Origin: Octopus vulgaris
Lineage: Eukaryota
DNA: 64,000 bases
NCBI GenBank assembly: GCA_951406725.2
Contig: OX597815.1
Span: 61,318,001 to 61,382,000 of the forward strand
Reading direction: 5' to 3'
Part shown: positions 46,041 through 62,872 of the stretch, one piece after another
How positions within the stretch are numbered: the first letter of the stretch is position 1
How the letters are laid out: every line of letters starts with the position of its first letter
Translations under genes and position numbers: made by a program
The notes under the pieces: model-generated
Seen by the model: only the letters and a program-made list of their open reading frames with translations
Database searches by the model: none
Told to the model about the DNA's origin: nothing

Positions 46041-46042
<2 letters not shown>
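45121..46042 (+). mobile_element. Element with ~190 bp direct terminal repeats (pseudo-LTR-like)
   Basis: 45121-45312 repeated at 45845-46042; related pieces at ~5330-5480, 33430-33740, 61020-61430. Confidence 0.6.
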
Positions 46043-46083
<41 letters not shown>

Positions 46084-47395
46084 ATAAGGGTAAATAATTT
46101 CTATAATGGTTTTTAAAAAAAGACCACAATTATTTACTGGTAGAATTCGGTATGTAAATATAGCCGATTACCGGCAGGAACTTCTGTAAAGTTCAGTATA
46201 TATATTGTACATAAGAAAAAGGGACAGGCAACAGGTTGCTTGACCGCATACCGAAAAAAGTAGAAATAGCAGTCAAAAATGCTTATATATATATATATTC
46301 AGTTTCTGTCTATCAAATCCTCTCAGAGACACTTGCCCAAGTTACCATGCTGTGTGACTCACCCGAGCATGTGGTCGAAACGCAAGCTTCTTACCCCGCC
46401 AGCGATTATGTACCTTTAAAGCTTTTACTGAGGCTAATTATGAAATAAAATGCGTATTATGACACCATGTTTGGTATCATGTGTTTTAACCTCAGGCTGA
46501 TGCTGGTTCCAAAGCAGCAACTATTCTTCATGATTACGTTCTGTGTTCAAATTCCGCCGAGGTCGACTTTGTCCTTCAATTGTTTCGGGTTCGATAAATT
46601 AAGAACCAGTTGCGTACTGGGGTTGATCTAATCGACTGCCCCACCCCACAAAATTTCGGGCTTTGTGCCTAGAGTAGAAAAGAACAATTCTTTACGATTT
46701 CAAAATATTGTCGACCATTTTGTTAATCAATTCTGGCAATGCAACATTGTTTGTCTCTATGTTTCCATTTTTATCTTCCTTTCAACGTTGCTCTGAATAA
46801 TATTGTTTTAGATGTTATTGTTTATTATTCATTGATTTGAACTGGGTATCTCACCTGTTAATCTGAGTAATAGGTGCCAGCATGACAAATACATAACTTA
46901 GATCTCATCTTAGAACAAGAATTAAAACATTAAAAAAGTTAATGTGTGGCTTACGTGAAAAGCCATTAAATTTAATGGGTTATATATTTTTGGATATATT
47001 ATTTTCAAATTTTAGAACATGCCAGCAGTTTCGGAGGAAGGGGCTAGTCGATTACATCGACCTCAGAGTTCACCTAGTAATTATGTTATTGACCCAAAAG
47101 TACAAAAGGCAAAGTCAACCTTTGTGGAATTGAACTCTGAACGTAATGACAGATAATTCTACCACTTCGCTGCCTTATGTTTGTCTTGATATATTAGTAT
47201 TATGAAGGAACGATGTACATTATAGTCAGAACTACTCATAATCAATGATGTGCCGGACGTGGCCATCCTGTCTATTTCAGAGGTGGCGTATTCATGATTA
47301 CATTACCTAACCGGTTCTTTCTTCTTATCTTTTTTTATTTTATTTTAAGATGGGGAAAGTAGGCGTGGTTTCCCCATGTGATAAGAACTTCGCTT

Positions 47396-47450
<55 letters not shown>

Positions 47451-48279
47451 CGTGTGTGGTGTGTGCCTTTGTGCCTGCGTTTGTCACCCACCGTCGTTTG
47501 ATAATCAGTGTCCGTTTGTAAGTTCCTATAAATTAGCGTTTCAATAAAAAATACCGATAGATTAAGTACGAAGCTTTAAAAATGTCATGGGGTCGATTCG
47601 TTCGACTAGAGCCTCACAGCTGCCCCAGCATGGCCGCAATCGAACGACTGAAGCAAATAAAACATTAGAAAGGATAAAAAGATGTGCGTTTGTATGTGTG
47701 TGTGTATGTGCATGCGTGCGCACGTGTATTAATAGGTGAGATGGAAGAGGTTGCTGAGTAAAAGCACAAAGGATATGTGCTACTTAACATTACGAAAGTC
47801 CTGTGACTGCCCGCTGTGTTTTCTCATGCGGCCATAAATATATGAGTGTGTGTGTATATACACATATACATACACACACATATATACACACACATACACA
47901 CACACGCACAGCGCACAACACACAAACACACACACATATATGAATGTATGTAATCAGAGCCAGTGGTCTTATTAGTTTGGATTGACTAAGGAATAGTTTT
48001 GCTGTTGAGTGCAACGTGCAGTTGAATGCAAAACAAGCATCAAATATGGTGGCTTATCATAGATGAACATGACTATGAAAATTGATTTGAAATACAAACG
48101 CGCACTTGCCATTGTGGTGTATGTCTTCGCAGTTTACGGCTCGTTTCAAAAGCTGGCGGCATACCCGGGGAAGGTGTACCTGGCACACAAGTAGGCCGTG
48201 AAACTGAGGTTGAAAACGTCCGCTTTAGTGGACTTAAGAATACGCCAGAATGATTTGAGATTCATTTAGGGAATAGCAC

Positions 48280-48310
48280 CAGTAGTAGCAGCAGCAGCAG
48301 CAGCAGAAGA

Positions 48311-48391
<81 letters not shown>

Positions 48392-48770
48392 GGTGGTGGT
48401 GTGAGTAGTTATAACGGCATTGGCAGTGAAATGAATAGCGACCACTGTTATAAAGATGATGTTAGTGATGGTGTAGGTGGTGAACATGAAGGTGGTTGCG
48501 GTGGTGGTGTTGTGAAATACGGGCAGTGGTGGTTGCCGGCATGATTGCCGTTGTGTTATCGGCGATGGTAATGGTAATGGTGGTGATAGTGGTGATGGCG
48601 GTGGTAATTGTGGTGCAGTGGTGAGGATGGTGAAGTTGTAGTGGTGGTGGTGGTGGTGGTGACGCATGGAGGTAATGACTGTGGTGACCGTGGGTATATG
48701 AGTGGTGTGTCGGCGGTAGTGGTGGTTGTGGTGGTTGTGGTGGGGCCTGGGGTAGTGGAGGTGGTAAGAA
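48280..48770. repeat. (AGC)/(AGT)/(GGT) low-complexity region
   Basis: Directly visible. Confidence 0.9.
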
Positions 48771-49020
48771 TAAGGTTAGTGGAGGATTGTGCGATCAAGA
48801 TGCACTGGCTGACCTTTAATGCGGTATACCTCTACCGCCACCCACTGTGTACACTAGTCACTTCCGTACACATAACACAAATACACACACACATACACAC
48901 ACACAAACAAACAAACAGCAGTATAATAGCTTCTCTGTAAAGCTCGGATCAGGACAGCTAAACCCTCCCTCTCTCGCGCACGCATATACATACAAACAGA
49001 TACACATATCGATATGTATG

Positions 49021-49086
<66 letters not shown>

Positions 49087-49240
49087 TTTTCCCTACGCCC
49101 CCACCTCTGCCTCATTTACTCAACCTCTGTCTATCGATCTACCCTGAAACTCTCTTAGCTTTCTCCCGCCACGTAGTTATAAATATATACATATATGCAA
49201 ATATATGCATATTTATATATATTCATACATAGATATATTC

Positions 49241-49277
<37 letters not shown>

Positions 49278-49316
49278 TATATAAATATATATACACACAC
49301 ACACACATATATATAT

Positions 49317-49386
<70 letters not shown>

Positions 49387-49467
49387 CATATTTATGCGTG
49401 TGCATAAATTGACATATTTATATACAGTAGATAATATATATTTCTGCAAATACACAGACACACAGAT

Positions 49468-49498
<31 letters not shown>

Positions 49499-49951
49499 GA
49501 TAAATATGTACTTGTGTATTTATAGACACAGATATGTATGTATGTATGTGTATCTGTCTATCTCCCCACTCTCTACACACATATATATATATATATACAT
49601 ATATGTGTGTGTGTGTGAGTGTTTGTGTGTGTGTGTCTGCGTGTATGCATGTATATAAATACACACTCACACACACACATATATATGTGTGTATGTATTA
49701 TGTATGTGTGGGTGTGTAAGTATGTATATATGTATGTATATATGTGTGTATGTATGTACATATGCATGTGTAAGTGTATGTAGGTATATATACAAATAAT
49801 CATAGACATACTGCCATCCTTTATGCACACACACACATACACAAATACTGTACCGATTGACCTTCACAGATATTTTCACAAATCCCGCCACACCACCGCA
49901 GTACAGTTTCTCCTCTACCCCAGGCACACACAACCCATACTAATATTTGAC

Positions 49952-49990
<39 letters not shown>

Positions 49991-50764
49991 TCTCTCTTCC
50001 CCTCTCTCTCTCCCTCCCTCTTCCCCCCACTCTCTATTCTACCTCACACACATACACCCGCAAATATATATGAAGGTGTATACACACATGCATATTTGCA
50101 TACAAACATATATTCATATACATGCATATATGTATGTATGTTTCTATGTATGTTTCTATGTATGTATGTATGTGCGTCTGTATGTGTTTGTATGTACGTG
50201 TCTGTATGTACGTGCTTCTATGTATGTGTATATGTATGAATGTATTTGTGTTTGTACGAACGCTTGAATGTATATATTTATATATATGTATAAGGTGTGT
50301 GTGTGTGTGTGTGTATTTAATGGATACCGATCTCTTTCGTAGTGACATAATTATTTGTGTCTGATTTTTGTCTTTGTGTGTGTGGTGGTGGTGGGGCACT
50401 TTACGCGCTTCCTGAGCGTATATCTATCTCAGCTTTGAATTCAAAATATCACTGAGACCGAATTTTCATGTCAAAATTCCGGTGCCGATAATGTAAGGAA
50501 TCCAAATCTTGAAATTTAAGTTTTCTGCGCCTTGTCTTAGTTATCTACGTTTTAAGAGTTCAATTGTTTTCCATTGAGATACTCAACCGGCTTCCATATG
50601 ATCCTTGGGGATCCATATTAGGTTCTGCTATTAGAATTTATCAGCACTAAATTGCTTATACCTCTACAACAGGTAAAATTTGATCATAAAAGTGTAATAG
50701 GATTCTTTCAAAACATCAAATGGCTATGGGGTTCAACCATAGTAAAATAGGGATCAAAAGGATT

Positions 50765-50955
50765 CTTTTCTTTTTATTCTTTTATTTGCTTCAGTCATAT
50801 GACTGCGGTCATGCTGGAGCACCGCCTAGAGTTGAGAAAATTGACCCTAGGACGTATTCTTTGTAAACCTAGTACTTATTCTATCGATCTCTCGAACCGC
50901 TAAGAGACGGGGACGTAAACACACCAGCAGCGGTTGTCAAGCGATGTTGGGGGTA

Positions 50956-51028
<73 letters not shown>

Positions 51029-51193
51029 GACGGGCTTCTTTCAGTTTTCCGTCTACCAAATCCACTTACAAGGCTTTGGTCGGCTCGAGGCTATAGTAGA
51101 AGACACTTGCCCAAGGTGCCACGCAGTAGGACTGAACCCGGAACTATGTGATTGGTAAGCAAGCTACTTACCACGCAGCCACTCCTGCGCCTA
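50765..51193 (-). mobile_element. tRNA-derived SINE, family A (full length)
   Basis: Head aggcgcaggagtggctgcgtgg through tail gtgctccagcatgaccgcagtc. Confidence 0.9.
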
Positions 51194-52062
51194 TGTGAAA
51201 AATTGTTGAGAATCACAGAGCTGGCTAGTTAGATAAAACATGCATACATGCATACATGCATACACACATATACACAAACACACACACGTACACACGCACT
51301 CACACACACACACATACACATATGCGCATGTGTCTGTGTGTGCGTGCATGAACAAGTCTGGCGATACTAGACGGAAAAATGCAACTCAAAACATGAGTAT
51401 GTGTATGTGTATACTATATACTATATATATATATAGGGTAGACTTCACAAAAAAAAGACGAAGACAGGTGGTGTAGACAACAAACAGATGTATTAGTATA
51501 ACGCTCGGGAAGTGAAAAAGTCTTTAACGTTTCGAGCCTACTCTCATTCATGTGTGTGTATATATACACACACATATTAATAAGTGGTAGAACAGAGTGA
51601 CTCAAGAGCTAGGAGTTTCGTGTATTTGCATGAAATACCTTGCCCTTGAGTCACTCTATTGCTTCTGCCGAATATTAATAAAAATTATATAAGCATTGCT
51701 GTCCCCAACCACATGGTTTCGGGTTCAGTAACTTCAACTATGGCTTCGGGTCGACCAATGAGTTGTTAGTGGATTTGGTTGACGGAAACGGAATCTGTGT
51801 GTGTTCGTGTGTGTGTGTATGTGTGTGTATGTGTGTGTATGTGTGTGTGTGAGTGAGTGAGTGAGTGTGTGTATCTATCTATCTATATCTATATATCTAT
51901 CTATCTATCTATATCTATATGTCTATCTATCAATCTATCTATCTCTCTATATATATATAGTTTTTTGGACATAATATAGAAAGCAAGTTCTATCTGTAGC
52001 GGAATAACACAGTAATTTCCCTTTATATAATGGTATGTTTTCAGAGCGTTTTTCAGATGGCC

Positions 52063-52125
52063 AGATAACCGAAGAGATGGTGTTATGGATTTCCACTTCG
52101 GCATCCGAAACTCAGAGTTTTATCT
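52063..52125 (+). ncRNA. Type I hammerhead-like motif with U4C core
   Basis: agataa CCGAAGA gatg...catc c GAAA ctcagag TT ttatct. Confidence 0.65.
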
Positions 52126-52229
52126 TGACTATTGAATAATTGTAACATATTATTTTACAGATAAATTTCCTCTATTTACATAATATTGAGGTCTCTTTCT
52201 TTCTTTTGTTATCATACCGTTTTTACCAA

Positions 52230-52680
52230 TCTCTATATTATAATTCTGAAATGCGAAAAGTGTATTTGTTTGTCTGGTTTTGGCATTGAGAACGGGTTAA
52301 AGGCCACTAGACCCCGTCGGATTGACTCCAAAATTTACAGGGACATGTAAAATGAGGTGAGGATGCGAGTGGGCTAGGTGTCGTTGCTAGGGCCAAAAAC
52401 GCACTTTGACAAGTCTACTCTCATTCTTTTATGTATCTGTCTTCCTCCATCATTCACTCTCTTTCCTCCCTTCCCATCACTTTCTATATATAACGTCGTT
52501 TCACAGCGTCTGCCACCCTTACCTTCACTTTCTCTCTATAACGTCGTTTCACAGCGTCCTATATTCCCCCTCCCGCCTTCGACAGCGCTTTCACACATTC
52601 TCTCTCTACGTCTGTCTGCATTCATCGCCAACACCACCACACAATCATGAGAACAAATATTATGAATCAGATATTTATTG
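52230..52680 (+). mobile_element. Helitron-like 5' fragment
   Basis: Begins TCTCTATATTATAA; homologous to 14640-15890. Confidence 0.6.
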
Positions 52681-52965
52681 GGTTAATTTATATATATGTG
52701 TGTGTGTGTGTTCTATATATAAATATGTATATATAATGTATATATACAAAGTGTATATATCTGTATCTATGTATATTAAACTTTTTAATACTTTTTGATA
52801 GTTATATATATTTAAAAAAAATTATAAATATAAATTAATAATTTTAATTTTAAATTTAAATAATTTAAATTTTTAAATTTTATATTTTGTATAATATATT
52901 TTTACTTTTATGTTTTGGTTTATGTTTTTCACTGTTTGATTTGCCTAATAGTGGTTTTATCTCTA

Positions 52966-53019
<54 letters not shown>

Positions 53020-53036
53020 TTTATAAATTTTATATA

Positions 53037-55052
53037 GTTTCAGCTCACAAGCTGTGGCCATGCTGGGGCACCGCCATTTGGTGTTGCTACATGATTTTAC
53101 TTCACGAATGCTTTTTAGCAATTGCCATTTGGTGCATGTGAGAGTTCGATGCAGCTGCCCTCATCTGCACCTCATGCCGTGAAGTTGGTTCATCTGAGTC
53201 ACCTGACAAGAAGAGATCCAGTTTTATTTTAAAGACATCTGCTTCCACCCCATGCAGGTCTCTTAGGTTCTTCGGGAGGATATTGAAGAGCTGTGGGCCT
53301 CGGAAGCCCAGGCTATCACAGTATCTTGTCCTACATCTTGATGGCAAATTTGGAGTCCTTGGCACTGTGCAGTGGCGCCCAGTTCTGGCATTTGTGTAAC
53401 TCTCGATGCCAAAGTTTGGGACAAGTCCTTCTAGGATCTTCCAGATGTATATTATGGCAGATCTTTCTCGCCTACGCTCTAAGGAATAGAGTCTCAATCT
53501 CTTGAGTCTTTCCCAATAGCTTATATGCTGCACAGAGGCTATCTTCTCCGTGTAGCTTCGTTGGATCGCCTCAAGTTCTGTGATTAACTTGACACTGGAT
53601 GGTGACCATAGCTGAGAGCAATAGTCAGCAGCCTACATTTCATTGTCAATTTAGCAACATGCACATGAAAGGTTGCATCATCACTCATGTAAATACCCAG
53701 GTCTCGCACTGATTGTGCCTCTTGGATTGCAATCTCTCCAGGTCCAGTGTATTTATTGGGCATTGCATTTAGTTTTGCATGTTGATAGCATAAAGCTTGA
53801 AACTTTTCAGCATTGAACTGCATGCTATTCTTTTCAGCCCACTTGTATATTTTGTCCAGCTCACATTGCAGGTGCTTAGTGTCTTCAGGGTTCTGTACTG
53901 CCTGTGAAACTTTTGTATCATCTGCATAACTTGTGATCGTCGCTCTCTGCGTGGCTGAGGGCATGTCTGTGAGGGCCATTATGAACAGTAGTGGTCCCAA
54001 AACAGTGCCTTGCGGAACACCGCTCACTGTTTGCGTGTTAATGGAAGTGGCCCCATTGGCTACTACCATCTGACTTCTATCCTTCAGAAAGTCCTGAAGC
54101 CATTCTCCCAATTTTCCAACTATGCCAAGATCACGCAGTTTGTGACATATCATTCCATGGTCGACTTTATCAACGGCCTTTGCAAAGTCGAGATATATCA
54201 CTTCCACATTTGAGTGGTTGAGCAGTCGTTTCAGCACCCAGTCATAGTGTTGTAGGAGCTGAGTTAAGCAGCTTCTTCCTGGTCGGAAACCATGTTGGGT
54301 GTCAGGCAGCAAATCATTTTCTTCAAGGAAGGTGATTAGTTTCCTTCTGACTATTCGTTCCATGACCACGCTGATGTGTGAGGTCAGAGAGATAGGTCTG
54401 TAGTTCTTGGCCTCCGCTCTGCTACCTCCTTTATGAATAGGGCATATTTTACCTTCCTTCAGTTTTCTTGGAAGTTTGCCAGCTGCAAGGAAGCTCTGAA
54501 AGAGGAACTGCAGTGGTCTTGCTAGGACTCTCTTACATACTTTTAGAAGGATTGCTGGGAATCCATCGGGGCCAGTAGCTGAGTTTGTTTTCATTTCATC
54601 AATAGCCTTTATTACATCGTCTTTCTTTATATTGATGTAATCAATCATCGCTGCGTCTGATTTTATATCTGCAATGGTAAAGAAGTCAGTTGGATTGCTG
54701 ACTTGAAAATGCCCTGGGGGTGGATTGAAAATACTCTTGAATTGCTCATTGGATTTACTGTGAGTGTGCCATCCTTTTCAAGGAGTGGCCCTATCCTACA
54801 GTGCACCGTAGCTGTTTCTTTGGCATACCTGTAGAAAGCTCTGGGTTTAGGTTTTATGTTGTCTATAGCCCAGGCTTCTTTGTCTGCTCTTTGTTTTTCA
54901 TGGGAGAGTTGCAGACATTTTTCAATTTCCAACAGTTTTATTTTCAGGCAGGACTTTTCACTGCTTTCAAATTGTTTGTTTAGACGATTTGAAACTTTTG
55001 TACGCCGTCTCATTAGAATTTTCCTCTCTCTGGGGATTTTGCTCTTGTGTAC
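53037..55052 (-). mobile_element. CR1/L2-group LINE, 5'-truncated; reverse transcriptase pseudogene
   Basis: [52 protein letters not shown]; frameshifting deletion near 53630 relative to the 62873 copy. Confidence 0.95.
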
Positions 55053-55095
55053 AGTGATATATAATAATTTGTATGCATTTGTATATATAATGCAT

Positions 55096-56056
<961 letters not shown>

Positions 56057-56123
56057 TATATATATATTTATATCTTAAAGATATTGTTTAAATATTTCTG
56101 ATTATTTTAAAAATATTTCAATT

Positions 56124-56216
56124 AACCTGAAGATTGACTGTAACCATAACTCGAATTATTAATTGAATTTAAATTATTGTTATTCGAATTGGTACAGCCA
56201 TGAAACAATCGTAGTG
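56124..56216 (+). ncRNA. Type I hammerhead-like motif (long stem II)
   Basis: CTGAAGA(56127-56133) t-tgactgta...tacagcca-t GAAA caatcg TA; same layout as 70-157. Confidence 0.6.
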
Positions 56217-56492
56217 TTTTACTCTTTATCTTTTATTAAACTTTTAATACTTTTGATATATATAAAAAAAATTAATTAATAAATTAATAAATTAATAAAT
56301 AAAATAATATATAACTATAAAAAATACATACATACATATATATATATATATATTTGTATATATATATAAAATTTATAAGTTTAAATTATTTAAATAATTT
56401 TTTATTTTTAACTTTTATATTTTTAAATTAATTTTATGTATTGGCTTATGTTTTTCACTGTTTGATTTGCCTAATAGTGGTTTTATCTCTAA

Positions 56493-56556
<64 letters not shown>

Positions 56557-56571
56557 GTATATATATATGTG

Positions 56572-56649
<78 letters not shown>

Positions 56650-56823
56650 GGCGGTGCCCCAGCATGGCCACAGCTCGTGAGCTGAAACTAGATAAAATAA
56701 AATAAATAAATATATATATAAAGTTAATCCAAACATGAAAACACAAAGAGAAAACACAACAACGCGAGGACGTGGAACAAATATAGTATTATTGGACGCT
56801 CAGGAAGAAAGTAAAGAAAGAGG

Positions 56824-56858
56824 GTTCAACGTTTCGAGCGGAACTCTTCGTCAGAAAC
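56824..56858 (-). ncRNA. Minimal type I hammerhead ribozyme motif
   Basis: gttt CTGACGA a gagt-tcc-gctc GAAA cg TT gaac; palindromic AACGTT. Confidence 0.85.
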
Positions 56859-56978
56859 ACAGGAAAAGGAAAGATCAATAGAAGGGAAGATGGAGGAAAA
56901 AAATCGTCAACGGTACGCACGTGGTCATATATATATATATATATATATATTTATATGATAACATAATGTATAAACATA

Positions 56979-57020
<42 letters not shown>

Positions 57021-57227
57021 TACCTACATCTATATGTATATATATACATGCATATATGGATACAGGACACCCCAAAAAAACATTGAACACAATGAGAAAC
57101 GAAAACATCAAAACAAAATCATGGAAACGAACCTTTTTTCAAGAGTACAAGACATACGACACAAGGAATATTCCCCTTCTTCAGTTGTCCCCGTTTCGTC
57201 TACTCCGCTTACACATATATATGTATA

Positions 57228-57308
<81 letters not shown>

Positions 57309-57913
57309 GGTTCAGAATTTATACTAGAACAAGGCCATCAATTCACCATTAGACCAAACTTCACCTGTGCATCAGAAAACTTAATTTACGTCTTAACATG
57401 CGCAGGCTGCAATAGACAGTATATAGGCCATACAAAATATAGCTTACGTAACAGGATGGCGGTGCATAAATCACAAATTAGAAACCCTGAATACCGGAAA
57501 ATACCGCTCAGCGGACACATAGATAGATGTGCTGCAAATGTAAATCCGAAATTTACAACTTACCCACTTTATAAATTCAGTGACAGCGTAACCTTCACGC
57601 AACGCCAAAATAAAGAACTTTATTTCATCAAAAAATTTAGACCAAGTTTGAACACCCTGGGCCAGGAATATTAAAACAAAACATTGGTCCTCCGAAAAAG
57701 AAAAACGAAATTCTACCACAACCACTACGACTGCCCTAACTCGCACTACTACTACAACCACCGTGGTCACTGTTGCTACGGCCACAGTGAGAGAATTATA
57801 ATAATGGAGGTGAGGCGAATTACAATTTCTCAGATCCTTAAACAGTCACTCATGCTGACAGTGATATGTCTTAGGGAAGGAAAAATTTATAAAAAGATTT
57901 CTTTCTCTGCGAG

Positions 57914-58223
57914 CAGATCTAATTCTGATTCGTCAAAAAATTGATGACGTGTTACCTCAGTGGTCAAGCTATTGTCACCCTGCTTGGTCGGTTTCTTCAC
58001 ACGATACAGCTATGGGTCAGACCCGATTCTGATTCGTCAAAACATTGATGACGTTTTTTCTTCCGTGGTCAAACTACTCGTTCTGCTGGGCTAGCCACCT
58101 AACAGGATACAGTCATGGGTCAGATCTAATTTCGATTCGTCAAAAAATTGATGACGTTTTTCTTCCGTGGCCAAACTTGTCGTTCCGCTTGGTTGGTTTC
58201 CTAACAGGATACAGTTAGGAGTC
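57914..58223 (+). repeat. Three ~103 bp tandem units in the PLE 3' UTR
   Basis: Units begin at 57914, 58018 and 58121, each with gattcgtcaaaa.attgatgacgt. Confidence 0.9.
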
Positions 58224-58436
58224 TTTTCACTATATTCGTTGAGGCTGGGTTTTGATTGGTTTGGAACTATATGACGTCAGTGAACAGTGCAAGTGACCAC
58301 AGCTTAGCTGATATAAATCCAACAATCACAAAATTTACCAAAATTATACCAGCAGACACCAACCAAAAATCATTACTGTTGCTCCCATTGGAATACAAGG
58401 TAAAATCTATAATGAACTCCTCGCCTTTTCAAGAAC

Positions 58437-58634
58437 ATGAATTTTTTATATTTGACTCTATTGAATGTATGTCACAATTATGAACTATTACATCATACTC
58501 TTTAAACATATAGCATGGACTCTCTTTATTATATATGAATTTTTTATATTTGACTCTATTGAATGTATGTCACAATTATGAACTATTACATCATACTCTT
58601 TAAACATATAGCATGGACTCTCTTTATTATATAT
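58437..58634 (+). repeat. Exact 98 bp tandem duplication
   Basis: Copies begin at 58437 and 58535. Confidence 0.95.
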
Positions 58635-58639
58635 AAAAA

Positions 58640-58688
58640 AATTTTTTTGATAAGGTTCGTTATTTCAAGAACCGAAACAGGTTAAATT
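58640..58688 (+). ncRNA. Hammerhead motif with U3-A8 core
   Basis: TTGATAA(58647-58653) ggttc-loop-gaacc GAAA cagg TT; weak A/T stem I. Confidence 0.65.
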
Positions 58689-58772
58689 AAAATTTGTCTA
58701 ATATAGCGGCATTTTCAAACTTCATTTTTTACAAATATATACCCACTTGTATACGAGCTAATCTTATTATAA

Positions 58773-60488
<1,716 letters not shown>

Positions 60489-60878
60489 CCCAGATCCCAG
60501 ATAAAAATTCATATTCATACGTCTGTATATGTATGTATGGCGTTTACGCGCATCCTTTTGTGTATGTTGATATATATATGTGGATTTTAATATAAATATG
60601 TATTGCAGTATTTATAACAGGTTTAATTTCTATGCATTAATTTGTACTGTCTTCATTAACGGCAATAGGTTTTTTCCTCGGTTTTTTCCTCGGATTTTAT
60701 AATTTTTATAATTTTTATAAGTTTTTTTATATATATATACATATATTTTTGACCTTTTTGTTTATCGCTCGAAGATTGACCGTTTTTTCTAAAGGGCCAA
60801 TCAAACAAGTCCATTTCTTTTTAAAGGTGTAGCGTTTGTAAGAGTATAGATTGAATTAATATATAAGTTCCATTCTAG

Positions 60879-60929
60879 CAAAAACTGTCTGATGAACGGC
60901 AACGAGAAACTCAGAGTAACAGATTTTTG
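60879..60929 (+). ncRNA. Type I hammerhead ribozyme motif
   Basis: caaaaactgt CTGATGA acg-gcaa-cga GAAA ctcagag TA acagatttttg; GNRA loop II, long stem I. Confidence 0.8.
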
Positions 60930-60955
60930 TTGAATTTTCTGCTGCTTAAAATAAA

Positions 60956-61008
<53 letters not shown>

Positions 61009-61434
61009 GGTATGTAGAAAAATACAACATGGACAAGAACGTATAACTCTTAGAAGACGATACAATAAACACGGACAGGACATTCGAAACCCTCAGTCTT
61101 CAGTCAAGAACCGGATCATCGTAGTAATTTCGGCTGATTAATCTTGAGATTACTAGATCATGGCCAGCCCTCCAAGAAAAACTAAGCAACGAGCATTAGA
61201 AAAACTAAGCTGGGAGCGTAGATTTCCTGGAAGAAGGATCGAATGCATACGAACACCGGGACAGCAAAAGGGACGAATATAAAAAAAGCAAAAAATAATA
61301 ATGGAATACAGAAACATGAAATACAGAAGCATTAACGGTGAAAACAACAAGTGTCTTACGACTGATAACAAGCAAACAAATTTTCTCTGGCGGCGGACGA
61401 AAACAACGATGTAGTATATACATAGTGAAACATA

Positions 61435-61466
<32 letters not shown>

Positions 61467-61603
61467 CATATATATATATAAATATATATATACATATATA
61501 TATATATATACATATATATACATATATATATACATATATATATATATACATATATATATACATATATATTTATATATACATATATATATACATATATATA
61601 TAC

Positions 61604-61689
<86 letters not shown>

Positions 61690-61692
<3 letters not shown>

Positions 61693-62165
61693 GTCGTCCA
61701 CTATAATCCAGCGTTTGCAATACTTTTTTTCGTCTGGCGTTAACAGCCCTTCTTATCTTGTTCTCCTTGTCCTGTCTCTCACTGTTATATATTTATTTTT
61801 CCACTGTTTATATATATATTTTTTACTGTTTATGTGTTTGTACTGTCGTTGCCGTCTTGCTTTTTTTACCCCTCTGCGACAAGATCTCAGAATTTTAATT
61901 GATTTGCTTTTCGCAGGAAGGAATTTTTCATTCGAAGTATGCGTCTCGCTTTTGTCCTTCGAGACGTTTGGTGGATGAAACTTTGGCGACTGAAGAAGGG
62001 GATTTTTCGTTGTGCTTATTGTCCTGTATCTCCTTTTTTTTGCCTGTCTTGTTCCTTGGTTTGTGTCTGTGTTTTTCGTCTCTCTATGTGTTCGACGTCT
62101 TTTTGGTGTCCTGTACACATATATGCGTGTATATGTACATGTAGAGGTAGGTACGTACATATATG
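61690..62165 (+). mobile_element. (TA)n-embedded repeat homologous to 235-700
   Basis: Colinear similarity over ~400 bp. Confidence 0.65.
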
Positions 62166-62219
62166 TTTATATATATGCATATATTTTATTAACATATATA
62201 TATATATACATATATATAC

Positions 62220-62345
<126 letters not shown>

Positions 62346-62511
62346 CGGAGATGTACTCGCATAGCAAGTAATTTGATCTGAGATCGTGTGCTGAAACGAA
62401 AACAATTGCAGCGTGGAAGGTGTTTATAAGCCATTTAAGAAAACACACAAAAGCCGTTCGATTCACTTCAACATTTAAGTTTAATTTGTCAAAATATTTT
62501 CGTCGCTAAAC

Positions 62512-62566
<55 letters not shown>

Positions 62567-62748
62567 AATACATATATATATATGAGGGAGATAAATTAAT
62601 ATTAATATCAATTTAAAACCAGTAGTCCAGCATTCAAAAAATCTGGTGTTCGCTGAATTCTTCCTCTAGAGAATTTCCCTTGTAGTTTGATCGTTGATGA
62701 TCTTCTTCTAGCATTCTGGCCGGCTACCTAGCAGGCCAGCCCTGCATA

Positions 62749-62859
<111 letters not shown>

Positions 62860-62872
62860 CATATATATATAT

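Larger units (their letters stand above)
57305..58770 (+). mobile_element. Penelope-like element 3' part: GIY-YIG endonuclease (to 57674), 3' UTR repeats, terminal hammerhead
   Basis: FTCASENLIYVLTCAGCNRQYIGHT...R..H...H...E..FIKKFRPSLN; (TA)n on both sides. Confidence 0.9.

Noticed and set aside
57914-58223. CRISPR-like array or C/D snoRNA cluster
   Set aside because: Whole units are homologous (no unique spacers), context is eukaryotic, and box and terminal-stem geometry is poor.
61953-62002. Permuted (type II) hammerhead: ccttc gaga cgtt ... CTGAAGA agggg
   Set aside because: GAAA is mutated, there is no stem I pairing, and the homolog at 500-550 does not preserve it.
62484-62507. Minus-strand half hammerhead gcgac GAAA atat TT tgacaaa
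   Set aside because: 5' core is missing (truncated by TA repeat), so it was not counted.
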